NCBI GenBank assembly: GCA_963777605.1
Contig: CAVZRV010000027.1
Location: 224,001-288,000, forward strand
DNA: 64,000 bases
Direction of reading: 5' to 3'
DNA from: an uncultured Acidobacteriota bacterium
GTDB lineage: Bacteria; Acidobacteriota; UBA6911; RPQK01; JAPXNP01
This document shows positions 21,596 to 31,989 of this stretch, one piece after another; position 1 is the stretch's first letter; each line of letters starts with the position of its first letter. The position numbers and the translations under genes are program-made. The notes under the pieces are model-generated. The model was not told where the DNA came from. It made no database searches and saw only the letters and a program-made list of their open reading frames with translations.

Positions 21596-23557
21596 GTGAA
21601 CAGACTCCGATGTTGCAGTAGATGGTCAATTTTCCCTGTTGTCACGATTGCTTTCCTGTTATTTACCGCTTCCTTGCAGGCGGTCGATTTTTCCGGCTAC
21701 CTGAACTACGACGGGCTGACCAGCTCGCTTCGTGATTTGGCCGGCCGGCACCCGGAACTGGCTCGACTCTCCGAAATCGGCAAGACCGCGGAAGGCCGTT
21801 CCCTGTGGCTGATGGAACTGGCAAACGCGTCAGGAACACCGGTCGCCGAGCGGCCCGCGCTGTTCGTCGCCGCCAACTTCGAAGGGAATCAGGTTATCGG
21901 CAGCCAGTTGGCCCTCAACTCGATCGAGCGCATGCTGGACGCTTACGGTTCGGATGAAGGGGCCAAGCAAATCCTCGACCATTACGTCGTTTACGTGCTT
22001 CCTCGGGCCAACCCGGACGGGGCAGAAGCCATGTTCGCAGCGGTCAAGACCGGCTCCACCACCAACACCAGGCCCTTCGATGACGACAACGACGGGCGAA
22101 TCGACGAAGACGGTCCGGAAGATCTGAACGGGGACGGGTTCATTTCAGTGATGCGGGTCAAGGACCCCGAAGGCCGGTACATGGTCCATCCCGACGACCC
22201 CAGACTCATGAAGAAGGCGGACCCGGCCAAGGGAGAAGTGGGCGAGTACCAGATCTACTGGGAGGGCACCGACAATGATGGTGACGGTTTCTTGAACGAA
22301 GACCCTCCCGGCGGCGTCGATCTCAACCGCAATTTCCAGCACCAGTATCCCTACTTCCAGAAGGACGCCGGGCCTCACATGGTCAGTGAACCCGAGGCTC
22401 GCGCAATCCTTGATTGGATCATCACTCATCGGAACATCGGGATCATCCTGACCTACGGAGAGAGTGACAACCTGATCAGCCCACCCGACGGGAAAGGGAA
22501 GCTCGGTCCCGAGTCACTGGTCGATCTGGAGCGGTTTGCCGATCAGAGTGTCGTGGAAGCCCGCAACGTGGGGATGTTCGACATCGAACCCCGCAGCCGC
22601 TTCCGGTTTTTTGGCAGATACCGCGATCCAGAGGCGCCCCAGCACGGGTCCGAACGCACGAGGCGACCTCCGCGACGCCCGGAGGTGACGGTCAATTCCG
22701 ATGACATCCCCTACTTCAAGAGTGTCTCCGACAAGTACCGTGAGATCACCGGGCTGGAGAAGACTCCCGAGGTAAGGACGCCGTCGGGAGCGTTCTTTGA
22801 GTATGGCTACTTTCAGTTCGGAGTCCTTTCCTTTTCGACCCCCGGTTGGGGGCTGTCGAGTTCCGGTGGTGAACCGTCGGATTCAGAACAAGCCTCCAAG
22901 TCGGGAGAGCGGACTGCGACCGGCAGAGGTGAAGCCCGTGGCCGCAGACCGGATGGAGACGCGTCTTCCCGGTCAGGACCTCCGGCCGGCCCATCGAAGG
23001 GCAACGACACGGGCTCGGCGAACTTTGATCTCGAGTTACTCCGATGGATGGACGGTCAAAACGTCGAGGGATTCATCCCCTGGGCCGAATACGACCACCC
23101 CGAAAAAGGCAAGGTCGAGATCGGCGGGTTCAACGCCTACGCCGTTGCCAACCCTCCCGGGGATCAAATCCAGGCTCTCGGTGAAAAGCAGTACGAGTTT
23201 CTCTGCTATCTGGCCAGTCTTTTTCCGAAGGTGACGATCGCCAAGACGAGTGTCAGCAATCTCGGCGGTGGACTTTTCCGGATCCAGGCGGAAGTTGAAA
23301 ACAGTGGGTTCCTCCCCACGGCGCTGGCCCACGGAGTCGTTTCCCGGTCAGTGAAACCAACCATGGTCCAGTTGGGGATAGAGCCCGCCAACCTCGTCTC
23401 GGGCAGTCCCAAGACCAGCTTCTTTCAGGCTCTCGATGGTTCGGGACACCGCCAGAAGTACGACTGGATTATTCGGGGCGAACCCGCGTCCGAGATCACA
23501 CTCCGCGTCGTTTCTCAAAAGGGCGGCAGCGAAACCGCAACGCTCAGGCTTCAGTAA
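21596..23557 (+). CDS. M14 zinc-carboxypeptidase homolog, predicted catalytically dead
   Basis: M14 fold motifs (IGKT.EGR, P.ANPDG, DLNRNF, SEPE) are present. The HxxE site reads EGNQ, the third His is replaced by G and the catalytic Glu by P. Has DDDNDGRIDED Ca-binding-like inserts. Confidence 0.85.
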   Translation: MNRLRCCSRWSIFPVVTIAFLLFTASLQAVDFSGYLNYDGLTSSLRDLAGRHPELARLSEIGKTAEGRSLWLMELANASGTPVAERPALFVAANFEGNQVIGSQLALNSIERMLDAYGSDEGAKQILDHYVVYVLPRANPDGAEAMFAAVKTGSTTNTRPFDDDNDGRIDEDGPEDLNGDGFISVMRVKDPEGRYMVHPDDPRLMKKADPAKGEVGEYQIYWEGTDNDGDGFLNEDPPGGVDLNRNFQHQYPYFQKDAGPHMVSEPEARAILDWIITHRNIGIILTYGESDNLISPPDGKGKLGPESLVDLERFADQSVVEARNVGMFDIEPRSRFRFFGRYRDPEAPQHGSERTRRPPRRPEVTVNSDDIPYFKSVSDKYREITGLEKTPEVRTPSGAFFEYGYFQFGVLSFSTPGWGLSSSGGEPSDSEQASKSGERTATGRGEARGRRPDGDASSRSGPPAGPSKGNDTGSANFDLELLRWMDGQNVEGFIPWAEYDHPEKGKVEIGGFNAYAVANPPGDQIQALGEKQYEFLCYLASLFPKVTIAKTSVSNLGGGLFRIQAEVENSGFLPTALAHGVVSRSVKPTMVQLGIEPANLVSGSPKTSFFQALDGSGHRQKYDWIIRGEPASEITLRVVSQKGGSETATLRLQ

Positions 23558-23571
23558 CTGGGGTAAGCAAG

Positions 23572-25362
23572 ATGGAAGCAGCAAATCGGAAACTCATGGT
23601 CTCAACTGGTTGGGGAGCGTTGATCGTCGGGTGCGCGATGCTGGCGCTGGTCGGGTCACCGCGTGTGCTGGCACAGGAGGCTTCGGACCCTCCCTTCAAG
23701 GTCAAGCTCGAGTTCAACCGCTGGCATGACTACGACGAACTGAAGGCTGACCTTCTCCGCCTGGAAAAGGCCTTCCCCAAGTTCCTCAAGTACTCGTCCA
23801 TCGGCAAGAGCTACGAGGGCCGGGACATGATGCTCATGACGATTAACAACCCCGACACGGGCCCGGACACGAGCAAGCCGGCAATGTTCATAGAAGCCAA
23901 CGTCCACGGCAACGAGATCCAGGGGGGTGAAGTCTGCCTCTACACCATCTGGTACCTGATGGAAAACTACGGGCACATCGACCAGATCACCCGACTGGTG
24001 AACGAACGGGTCTTTTACATCATGCCCACGGTCAACCCGGATGGGAGGCAGTACTTCCTTGAAGGGACCGGAATGGGAGCTCGAAGCGGTCACGTGCCGG
24101 TGGACGACGACAACGACGGCCTCTACGATGAAGACGACGTCGACGACCTCAACGGCAATGGAGTGATCGAACAAATCCGCAAGTACGTTCCGGGACAGGG
24201 CAACCTTCGCAAGAGCGCCCTTGATCCCCGGGTTCTGGAACCGGTGCCTCCGGGCACCAAAGGGGACTACGTGTTCCTCGGCTACGAGGGCATTGACAAC
24301 GACGGCGACGGCGACGTCAACGAGGACGGTCCCGGGGGATACGATCCGAACCGGAACTACGCGTCTGACTGGCAGCCGGACTACGTCCAGGGCGGCGCCA
24401 TGGATTACCCCTTCGAGTTGCCGGAAGCCCGAGCCACCAACGACTTCTGGATATCCCACCCCAACATCGCCGGGCTCCAGACCTACCACAACTCTGGAGG
24501 GATGATCCTGCGCGGCCCGGGGTCGGAAGATCAGAAAGAATACACGCGACAGGACCTGACCGCCTACGACGAACTGGGTCAACAGGGGGAACGAATCATC
24601 CCCTTCTACCATTACTACACGATCTGGAAGGACCTCTACACCGTCCACGGCGGCTCGATTGACTGGACCAATGACGGACTGGGGATCATTTCCTTTTCCA
24701 ACGAACTCTGGAGTGACGGGCAGTATTTCACCAGCGAGGAACTGAAAGAACAGCAGAAGAACCCGCTGGGGCCGATCAGTCCCGCTGCCGCTCGCTACTA
24801 CTTCAACGATTACCTCGATTTTGGGAGCGAATTCATCGACTGGGCCGAGTTCGATCACCCGCAGTTCGGCAAGGTTGAGCTGGGGGGATGGAAGAAGACC
24901 TCACGGCGCGTGCCGCCACGGTTCATGAACGAGGAACTCTGTCACCGGAACATGGCCTTCACCCTGTTCCAGGCTGACCAACTGCCCCAGATCAAGCTTG
25001 GGGAGACAACCGTGGAGTCCCTGGGCGATCAGGTTTTCAAAGTCCGGGTTGAGATCAACAACGACAAACTGGCCCCCACGATCCTGGCGGCAGCAGCCCA
25101 GAACAATGTTGTCAGGCCGGACCTGCTCACGGTAACTTCCCCTGCCGAAGTCCTCTCGGCCGGATGGGTTCGGGACCGCTTCCGCCCCGATGCCACCATG
25201 CTGATCGATCAGCAAGACTTGAAGCGGATCCTGATCCGAAACGGGCATCCCGGAAGGACGACCAGGCTGATCGAGTACATCGTTCGTGGAAGTGGGGACT
25301 TCACGGTACGTTATTCAAGCCTGAAGGGCGGCAGTGACTCCACCACGATCTCATTGCAATAG
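23572..25362 (+). CDS. Exported M14 zinc carboxypeptidase (intact active site)
   Basis: NVHGNE, PTVNPDG, DPNRNY, TYHNSGG, SFSNELW and DDDNDG inserts. Starts 14 nt after its paralog. Confidence 0.9.
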   Translation: MEAANRKLMVSTGWGALIVGCAMLALVGSPRVLAQEASDPPFKVKLEFNRWHDYDELKADLLRLEKAFPKFLKYSSIGKSYEGRDMMLMTINNPDTGPDTSKPAMFIEANVHGNEIQGGEVCLYTIWYLMENYGHIDQITRLVNERVFYIMPTVNPDGRQYFLEGTGMGARSGHVPVDDDNDGLYDEDDVDDLNGNGVIEQIRKYVPGQGNLRKSALDPRVLEPVPPGTKGDYVFLGYEGIDNDGDGDVNEDGPGGYDPNRNYASDWQPDYVQGGAMDYPFELPEARATNDFWISHPNIAGLQTYHNSGGMILRGPGSEDQKEYTRQDLTAYDELGQQGERIIPFYHYYTIWKDLYTVHGGSIDWTNDGLGIISFSNELWSDGQYFTSEELKEQQKNPLGPISPAAARYYFNDYLDFGSEFIDWAEFDHPQFGKVELGGWKKTSRRVPPRFMNEELCHRNMAFTLFQADQLPQIKLGETTVESLGDQVFKVRVEINNDKLAPTILAAAAQNNVVRPDLLTVTSPAEVLSAGWVRDRFRPDATMLIDQQDLKRILIRNGHPGRTTRLIEYIVRGSGDFTVRYSSLKGGSDSTTISLQ

Positions 25363-25491
25363 GGACAAGGCCTCTTCGAAACCAGTGTCCCTGAAGTTCC
25401 CTGAAGTTCGCCGGAGGCGACAAATTGATTTTTCTGTTGACATCGCCCGAAGCCTATTCTCTAAATGGTGGCTTCATTGCACGGAGGGACC

Positions 25492-26238
25492 ATGAAGTCA
25501 CAAATGAACGTGCTTTTTCACTTGACCCTGGCTTTCGCAATGGGGTGCGGACTCGCAGCACAGACGCTGAACGCGGAACCGATCAAGTGCCTGATGATCG
25601 GCAAAGAGGCCCACGGCGATCCCGGCACGATGGTGGACGCTGTCAAGGCGATTAATGCCGACTACCCCGGCATCCAGATCAACCTCGTGGACAAGTCGGA
25701 TCTTGAAGCGCTTCGATTCGAGAACCTGTCGGCGTACGAGGTCCTGGTCATTGAGCAGATTCAGGCTCCGGAAGGCAATCCGCCGGAGTTCGTCAAGGAA
25801 GGAATCCTCGAGTTTCTCAAGGGCGGCGGCGGGCTGGTCGTCAGCCATTTCGCGGTTGCCAACGTCCAGCAATGGAGAGACTCCATCGACATTTTCGGAG
25901 CCATGTGGGTAAATGGGAAGTCGACGCACGGACCCTACCACGAGTTTCGGGTGGACATGAAGGACGAAGCCCATCCGATTGTCGCCGGTGTGCGGCCGTT
26001 CACTACGACGGACGAACTCTACTACAACCTGCTGATGCGCCCCGATGTTCACGTGATCGCGACCGGAAGTGAAGAGCGCTTCGGTCACACCGTGGCCGAA
26101 CCACTGCTGGTGACCCATTACGTCCACAACGCCCGCTGCGTCTACTTCGCCCTTGGCCACGATCCCGCCTCGGTCAATCCACCGGAGTACCGCCGGATAC
26201 TGGCGCAGTCCATCGAGTGGGTTGCGGGCCGCAGGTGA
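25492..26238 (+). CDS. Exported ThuA-like (trehalose utilisation, class I glutamine amidotransferase-like) domain protein
   Basis: Signal peptide, GGGLVVSH, HPIVAG..FTTTDELY, YFALGHD. Confidence 0.8.
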   Translation: MKSQMNVLFHLTLAFAMGCGLAAQTLNAEPIKCLMIGKEAHGDPGTMVDAVKAINADYPGIQINLVDKSDLEALRFENLSAYEVLVIEQIQAPEGNPPEFVKEGILEFLKGGGGLVVSHFAVANVQQWRDSIDIFGAMWVNGKSTHGPYHEFRVDMKDEAHPIVAGVRPFTTTDELYYNLLMRPDVHVIATGSEERFGHTVAEPLLVTHYVHNARCVYFALGHDPASVNPPEYRRILAQSIEWVAGRR

Positions 26239-26530
26239 TCCTGCGGAGGGCCTGGAAACCGGCGGCCAGGTGTCCGATCTTTGGCTCCAGCCTGGGTCGG
26301 GGGAGGATCGCGTCCAACTCCAATTGATCGTTTTCAGGGGAAGCGCTCGGGGGCAGTGTCTACGATCGCCGGTTGCATTCGGTCGGGGACCTGCGGGTGG
26401 ACGCAATCATGGCAGCCCTCGGTGCGGGCGTAAAAATCTGCTGCTGGCTGCTCTTCTTCCTTCCGGACTGGAGCAAATGAGCAGAATTCCGCAGGAAAAG
26501 AACGCATCAGGAGAGGGGCGGCTTCTCCGG

Positions 26531-26908
26531 CTACTTTTTCAGCAGGGCTCCCAGTTGGGCAAATGGCTTGTAACTGGAAACGCTCTCCTGTTTCCCCGTC
26601 GGCGCAGCACTCGCATAGGCATCGGCGGCCTCCATCCTGGAGTGCTGGTTATCATGACAATAGACGCAGAGGAGTTCCCAGTTGGTCCCGTCGGCCGGAT
26701 TGTTTCCGTGGTTGTGATCCTTGTGATGAACGGTTAACTCCCGCAATCTCTTTCCGCTGAACTCCCGCTCGCAGTGGGCGCATTTCCAGGGAAGAACCTT
26801 GAGCGCCTGAGCCCGGTAGCCCCGCTCCCTTTCTTCCTGATCGCGCCGAGCCTCGGCTACCACCCGGTCAAGTCGCTGGCTATCAGACAGAGTCTTACTT
26901 TTCGACAT
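26531..26908 (-). CDS. yajD: YajD-family HNH nuclease
   Basis: GYRAQALKVLPWKCAHCEREF...LRELTVHHKDHNH.NNP.DG.NWELLCVYCHDNQH. Confidence 0.9.
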   Translation of the reverse strand: MSKSKTLSDSQRLDRVVAEARRDQEERERGYRAQALKVLPWKCAHCEREFSGKRLRELTVHHKDHNHGNNPADGTNWELLCVYCHDNQHSRMEAADAYASAAPTGKQESVSSYKPFAQLGALLKK

Positions 26909-27099
26909 TCGGGGGTTACCTCCAGAGCCTCAAACAGCCGCCGTTGGAACTGATTTCCATCCACTAATTGTTGCCGATCACGACCACTTCCACAAACTAC
27001 TGTGAGCACTGGGCATGAACGAGAACGAGACTGGCTCTTTCTCCAGATGATGGGTGATCGCAAAGTCAGTCATCTCATCGCGCAAACGGCAGTGACGGG

Positions 27100-29026
27100 T
27101 TAGGCCACCATATCCAGGGTCCCCTGGGTGATTCGTTCGATGTCCACCAGGAGCTTCACCCCGCCGTGGACTTTTGCCATCGCCAGGATGAACTCCGCGT
27201 CCTCCAGCATGGGGGGTGCATCCTCGACATTCGAGGCATCGATATCGACGATTTCCGCGACCGATTCGACCAGGATCCCGATTCGGCGCAGGCGACCTTT
27301 CCGATGGATCTCGACGATGATGATTGTTGAGCGCTCGTCGTAATCGATCGGCGGTAAGCCGAACCAGACGCGCAAATCAATGACCGGCATGATCTCGCCA
27401 CGCAAGTTGATCACTCCCTTGAGGAACGGGGGGGTCGCAGGAACCGGGGTAATCTCTCGGATCACGATGATCTCCCGCATCTGGTTGATTCCGATCCCAT
27501 AGTCCTGCTCCCCCACCCGGAAAAGCAGGTACTTCCCTTCCTTGTCGAGCATCATCTTGGCCGTCGATCCCTGTGCCCGGGCCTTCTGAATCCTTTCGGC
27601 AACATTACCCAGGTCGAGCTTACTCCTGACTGCTTTGGCTTCAGGCTGAGCCTGGTAGGCGGCGTCCGCAAACCTGGTGTCGATAAACGTATCAAGGTCG
27701 ACCTTCTGTCCGACACCCATCCGATCGACCATGTAGTCGAGCATCCGCCCAAGGTCCTCTCTGACCGGGTAAAGATTGACCGTCTTGATCCCGGCCGGTT
27801 CGGTGAGGACGTTCTTCAGAACCGCGCTGGTAAGGCCAAGTTCGCCCCTGGGATCGAGAAATCTGACCCCGATCTCGGCACTCCGGCCGGGATCCTTATC
27901 CACGAAGCGGCCCGCCGTCGTGAGCATCGACACAAACTCCTGGACCGCCTCCGGGTGTGCATCCACAATTTCCTTGCGAAGCGTGACCACACAACAGGGG
28001 TGATTGTCCCAGGCTTCACTGGAAAGGAACTCGAGGCGGGCGACGTTCGAAGAGATCGCTTTTGTCCCGAGAGGCTCGGCGACCATGAACCCGGCGGCGT
28101 CGGAGTTCGAGTCGAGGAGTTCGGGCATGCGGGCAGGCGGCACGACCTCAAAAGCGACGTTTACGTTCGGCTCTCCGGGAACTCCGGGGTGAAGCCCCAG
28201 TTCCGACAGGTAAAGGTGTGCGAGCATGTGGTGAACTGAAAGGCGATGGGGGAGGTAAAGGACCCGGTCCCTGAAACGCCTCCTCCGGCCGTGCTGATGC
28301 GAAACGCTTGCTGCGCACGAGGATGCTCCCGTTCCGATGCGCCAGAAGTACCATGCGCAGTGGAGCGCCGTGGCCAAACAGGTCCATGCTGATCGGAGCC
28401 AGGATGAAAGCACCATCCACTTGCCCCTGCTGGAGCGCTTTCGAAACCGGGTTCCAACTGCTTTCACAACGGGTGGTAAGAGCAAAGTGACGGGGTTCGA
28501 GCTCTCCGTTGGCGATCAACTCCTGGAGCACGCCCAAGAGGATGTGGTCGGTTATCTGGATGTGCGAGATCGTCAGATTGACTCTGCCATCCGGCAGGAC
28601 TTCCGGCTCGCGTACCGACGGCTGGTCATCCTCAGAGGCCTCCCCTGAAAAGACCGCTTCAATCTGCTTGAGCAGGTCATCCGGCGTGAACGGTTTTGGC
28701 ACGAACCCGCTGACTCCGGCATTCTTGGCGGCCAGTGTCTCGCTCTGTTCTCCGCGCGCTGTTGCCATGATGAACGCCAGCGAGGCACTTTCCTCTCGGC
28801 TTCGGACCCATTTCAGCAGTTCGAGGCCGCTCATTTTCGGCATGTTCCAATCGCTGATAATGAGGCCGATCCCGGGTTCGCGCTCGAGCAGCGCGACCGC
28901 TTCGGTCCCGTCCCCTGCTTCAGTCACGTTCGTGAAGCCCAGCTTCGCGAGAATTGATCGCTCCATCTTCCGCATGGCACCGGAGTCCTCCACAAGGAGG
29001 ACCTTGAGATTTCTGTCGATACTCAT
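27100..29026 (-). CDS. Fusion protein: CheY-like REC, NrtA/CmpA/NasS-like solute-binding domain and CheW (single frameshift near 28275)
   Basis: REC: VED, ISDWNMP, TA, KPF. Binding domain: ITDH, SW, LAP, HRNGS, SVHH, VPP..MP, AEP, W..HPCC. CheW: KYLLF..YGI..REII..ITPVP..P.FLKGVINLRG..PVIDLR. No signal peptide. Confidence 0.85.
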
Positions 29027-29163
29027 ATTTCAGCTCAACTCCCGACTTGACGAATTGCCTTCGGAGCTTCGAAGATCCGAAGATAGGATGAATCTGCTCT
29101 CTTCTGATCGGCCGTTGAGACCTCGGGGATTAGGGAAACACCGAAACAAATTGAGGGATTGCG

Positions 29164-29904
29164 CTAGAAGGTGAAGGCTCCTTCGAACTGCATGTCTTTC
29201 GGCTTCATTTTCAGGTCGACCGTCTCAAACGACGTCTCCATGTGAAGGAGGATCTGAGACTCGCTCCCATCGAAATAGGGCTTATCGGAATCGTCAGTTC
29301 GGGGAAAAAACAGCAAAGCACCAGGTTGATTTGCACCCGGCGGAACATATCGGCCAATCGGGCAATAGGCATTCGACGAACTCGACGACAGCCAGACTTT
29401 ATTCTTCAGCGTGTCGATGGTCGAGGTTCGCAGGAAATTCTGAACCGTCTGGAGAGCCGGATGTCCAGCAGGTTCGGAATAGAACGTCACTTCAGCGATC
29501 ACTTCATCGCCGGGAGGCTGTTCGATGTAGTCCGCAACCGCCTGGGCCAGTTCCTTGTTGTCCGGCTGGGCAAGGAGCCGGGATTGGCCGATCGCCGCCT
29601 TGACAGCCTTCGAAGTCACAAAACGGAACCGGAGATAAATGTGCACTTCCCGATCACCAACTCCTCCCGCAATTGAACCGACGTCCGTCCTGCCGACGAT
29701 ATCGCCGTCGCTCCGCATAAACCCGGGCAAGCTGATCCCCGTTGTCGCATAGGGGTATGCCCAGGGCGAGTTTGAGAGAATCTTGACGCAATCCTTCTGG
29801 CTCCACTCCGAATATGGTTTCTTTTGCCAGAACGGTGCGGACAGCACCATGGACGCAAGTAGAAACAGAACCGACAGGGCAATCAAGACTCCAGAACGCT
29901 TCAT
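29164..29904 (-). CDS. Exported protein of unknown function
   Basis: GAGGAGG SD, signal peptide, N-terminal WQKKPYSEWSQKDCVKILSNSPW motif. Confidence 0.8.
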   Translation of the reverse strand: MKRSGVLIALSVLFLLASMVLSAPFWQKKPYSEWSQKDCVKILSNSPWAYPYATTGISLPGFMRSDGDIVGRTDVGSIAGGVGDREVHIYLRFRFVTSKAVKAAIGQSRLLAQPDNKELAQAVADYIEQPPGDEVIAEVTFYSEPAGHPALQTVQNFLRTSTIDTLKNKVWLSSSSSNAYCPIGRYVPPGANQPGALLFFPRTDDSDKPYFDGSESQILLHMETSFETVDLKMKPKDMQFEGAFTF

Positions 29905-30030
29905 GGTTCCTCCTCGGCTGATGAGTTCAACAGCAGCCTCAGTTTTCCGAAACATTTACATTCTGCTAGTCCGAAGGGAATTTCACCAGAGGGCTGCGCC
30001 TCGGATTGTCGGTCAGTTGACTTCTCCGGA

Positions 30031-31543
30031 CTACATGAAAAGGGCCCTGAACTCCTCCCTCAGTTGAGCCTTCTGGACCTTCGCCATCGTGTTTCGGGGG
30101 AGCATATCGACAAAGAGTACCCGTTTGGGAACTTTGTAATTGGCCACATTGCCTTTGGCTGCTCCAAGGATGTCCGCCTCGCTGATTGCGGCCCCGTCCC
30201 TGGCCACCACGACGGCTACCACGGCTTCCCCAAAATCGGGGTGAGGAACCCCGATCACCGCCGACTCCTTTACTCCCGGCAGTTCGTCGATAAACAGTTC
30301 CAGCTCTTTTGGGTAGACGTTCAGACCACCGGTAATCACCAGGTCTTTTGCACGGCCGGCGATGCTGACGTATCCATCCCGGTCGATACTGGCAAGGTCT
30401 CCCGTGTTGAAGAACCCATCGCTCGTGAAGTCCTCCGCCGTCTTGTCGGGCAGTTTCCAGTACCCGATAAATACATTCGGGCCGCGCACCTGGAGATTTC
30501 CAATCTCGTTCGGCCGGAAGCATCTCGCCCTGATCGTTCGTGACCCGAGCCTTCACGCCGGGAAGCGGCAACCCGACCGTACCCGGCTTGCGGACACCGT
30601 GCAGTGGGTTGGACGTATTCATGTTGGTTTCGGTCATCCCGTACCGCTCCATAATGCGATGGCCGGTTCGTTCCTCGAATTCCGAGAAAGTCTCTTCCAG
30701 AAGCGGCGCAGAGCCCGAAATGAAAACACGCATGTTCCTGCAGACGTCGGCTGTGAACCCACGGTCCGCGAGCAGCCTGGTGTAGTAGGTCGGAACACCC
30801 ATCATTACAGTACATTCAGATAGATGGCGAACGACCTCCGATGTATCAAAAGATGACAACCATCGCATGCTGGCGCCGCTCATGAGCACGCATCCGACTC
30901 CAACAAAGAGGCCGTGAACGTGAAAGATGGGCAGGGCGTGAAGCAACCGGTCGGCAGGAGTGAACTCCCATGAGGCGACCAGAGCCTGGGTATTGCTCAG
31001 CAGGTTCCCATGAGTGAGCATGATTCCTTTCGGGACCCCGGTCGTTCCCGATGAGTAGAGCAAGGCAGCGAGGTCGTCCTTGTCGCGAGAGACTGGGCTC
31101 GCCTCTTCCTGCGAATCCCTTGAACCATCGATCAAAGTCCCAGACCCTGCTGCATCCAGAGTGAAGACAGGCTGTCCCGTGAGGGCGCGGATCGACGACT
31201 CCCGCGCAGGGTCGCAGACCAATGCAGCAGGTTCAGCGTTGTCCAGAAAGTAGCTCAACTCACGCGGTTGAAAGGCGGGATTCAAGGGGTGATAGACAAA
31301 GCCGGCGCGCAGGCACGCCAGGTACAGGCAAAGCGCCTCAGGAGATTTGGCTGCCTGCACCGAGACCCGGTCACCAACTCTTACTCCGGCATTTCGAAGA
31401 AAGTTCGCCAGCCTTGCTGACTGACGCTCCACCTCGCCGCAACTGTATGATCTGCCGCCTTCGGTGCAGAGCAACTCTCTTCCGGGATCGTTCTCCAGGC
31501 CAGCCTGGAAATGTGAGAACAAATTGCATTCCTGGTCCAACAT
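30031..31543 (-). CDS. matB: Malonyl-CoA synthetase (MatB-type acyl-CoA ligase; frameshift near 30500)
   Basis: YSSGTTGVPKG, HALPIFHVHGLFV, MGVPTYYTRLL, SGSAPLL, ERYGMTET, PRNTMAKVQK. Adjacent to malonate transporter genes. Confidence 0.85.
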
Positions 31544-31614
31544 CGTCTTTCCTCTCGATTCGGCAAATGATAAGACGATTCATCACACCCTTTCGAATAA
31601 TAGGAGAGTTGGCA

Positions 31615-31989
31615 ATGGTGATCTACGGTGTTGCACTTCTGTCGATCTGCATGCTCGCGGGAGTGCTCGTCGGGGACTTGCTGGGGGCCCTCATCGGCGT
31701 GAAGGCAAATGTTGGCGGAGTCGGCATCGCGATGATCCTCCTCATCCTGCTGTCGAATCTTTCGCATCACCGGTTTCGGCTCACTCCCATGACGGAATCG
31801 GGAGTCGGATTCTGGAGTGCCATGTACATCCCGATCGTGGTGGCGATGGCGGCACGGCAGAATGTCATCGCCGCGGTTTCGAGCGGCTGGCTCGCGATCA
31901 TCGCGGGCACGGCTGCGGTGGCAGCCGGTTTTCTCATGATTCCGGTCTTGGCACGAATCGGCAGGGGGAATAGCCAAAGTGATCAGTAA
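31615..31989 (+). CDS. madL: Malonate transporter subunit MadL
   Basis: MVIYGVALLSIC...GVKANVGGVGIAM...FWSAMYIPIVVAMAA.QNV. AGGAG SD. Confidence 0.9.
   Translation: MVIYGVALLSICMLAGVLVGDLLGALIGVKANVGGVGIAMILLILLSNLSHHRFRLTPMTESGVGFWSAMYIPIVVAMAARQNVIAAVSSGWLAIIAGTAAVAAGFLMIPVLARIGRGNSQSDQ

Noticed and set aside
25389-25408. Tandem 10-mer ccctgaagtt x2
   Set aside because: Only two units and no spacers. It is not a CRISPR or a meaningful VNTR.
28255-28295. Programmed ribosomal frameshift producing REC-only and full-length forms
   Set aside because: No slippery heptamer is visible, the break falls mid-domain, and indels are pervasive in this sequence.
31222-31614. Long N-terminal extension of MadL, and similar extensions on ORFs 4987, 19064, 43020, 57232, 57482 and 58364
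   Set aside because: These are ORF-finder upstream starts. SD or promoter position and family N-termini support the later starts.
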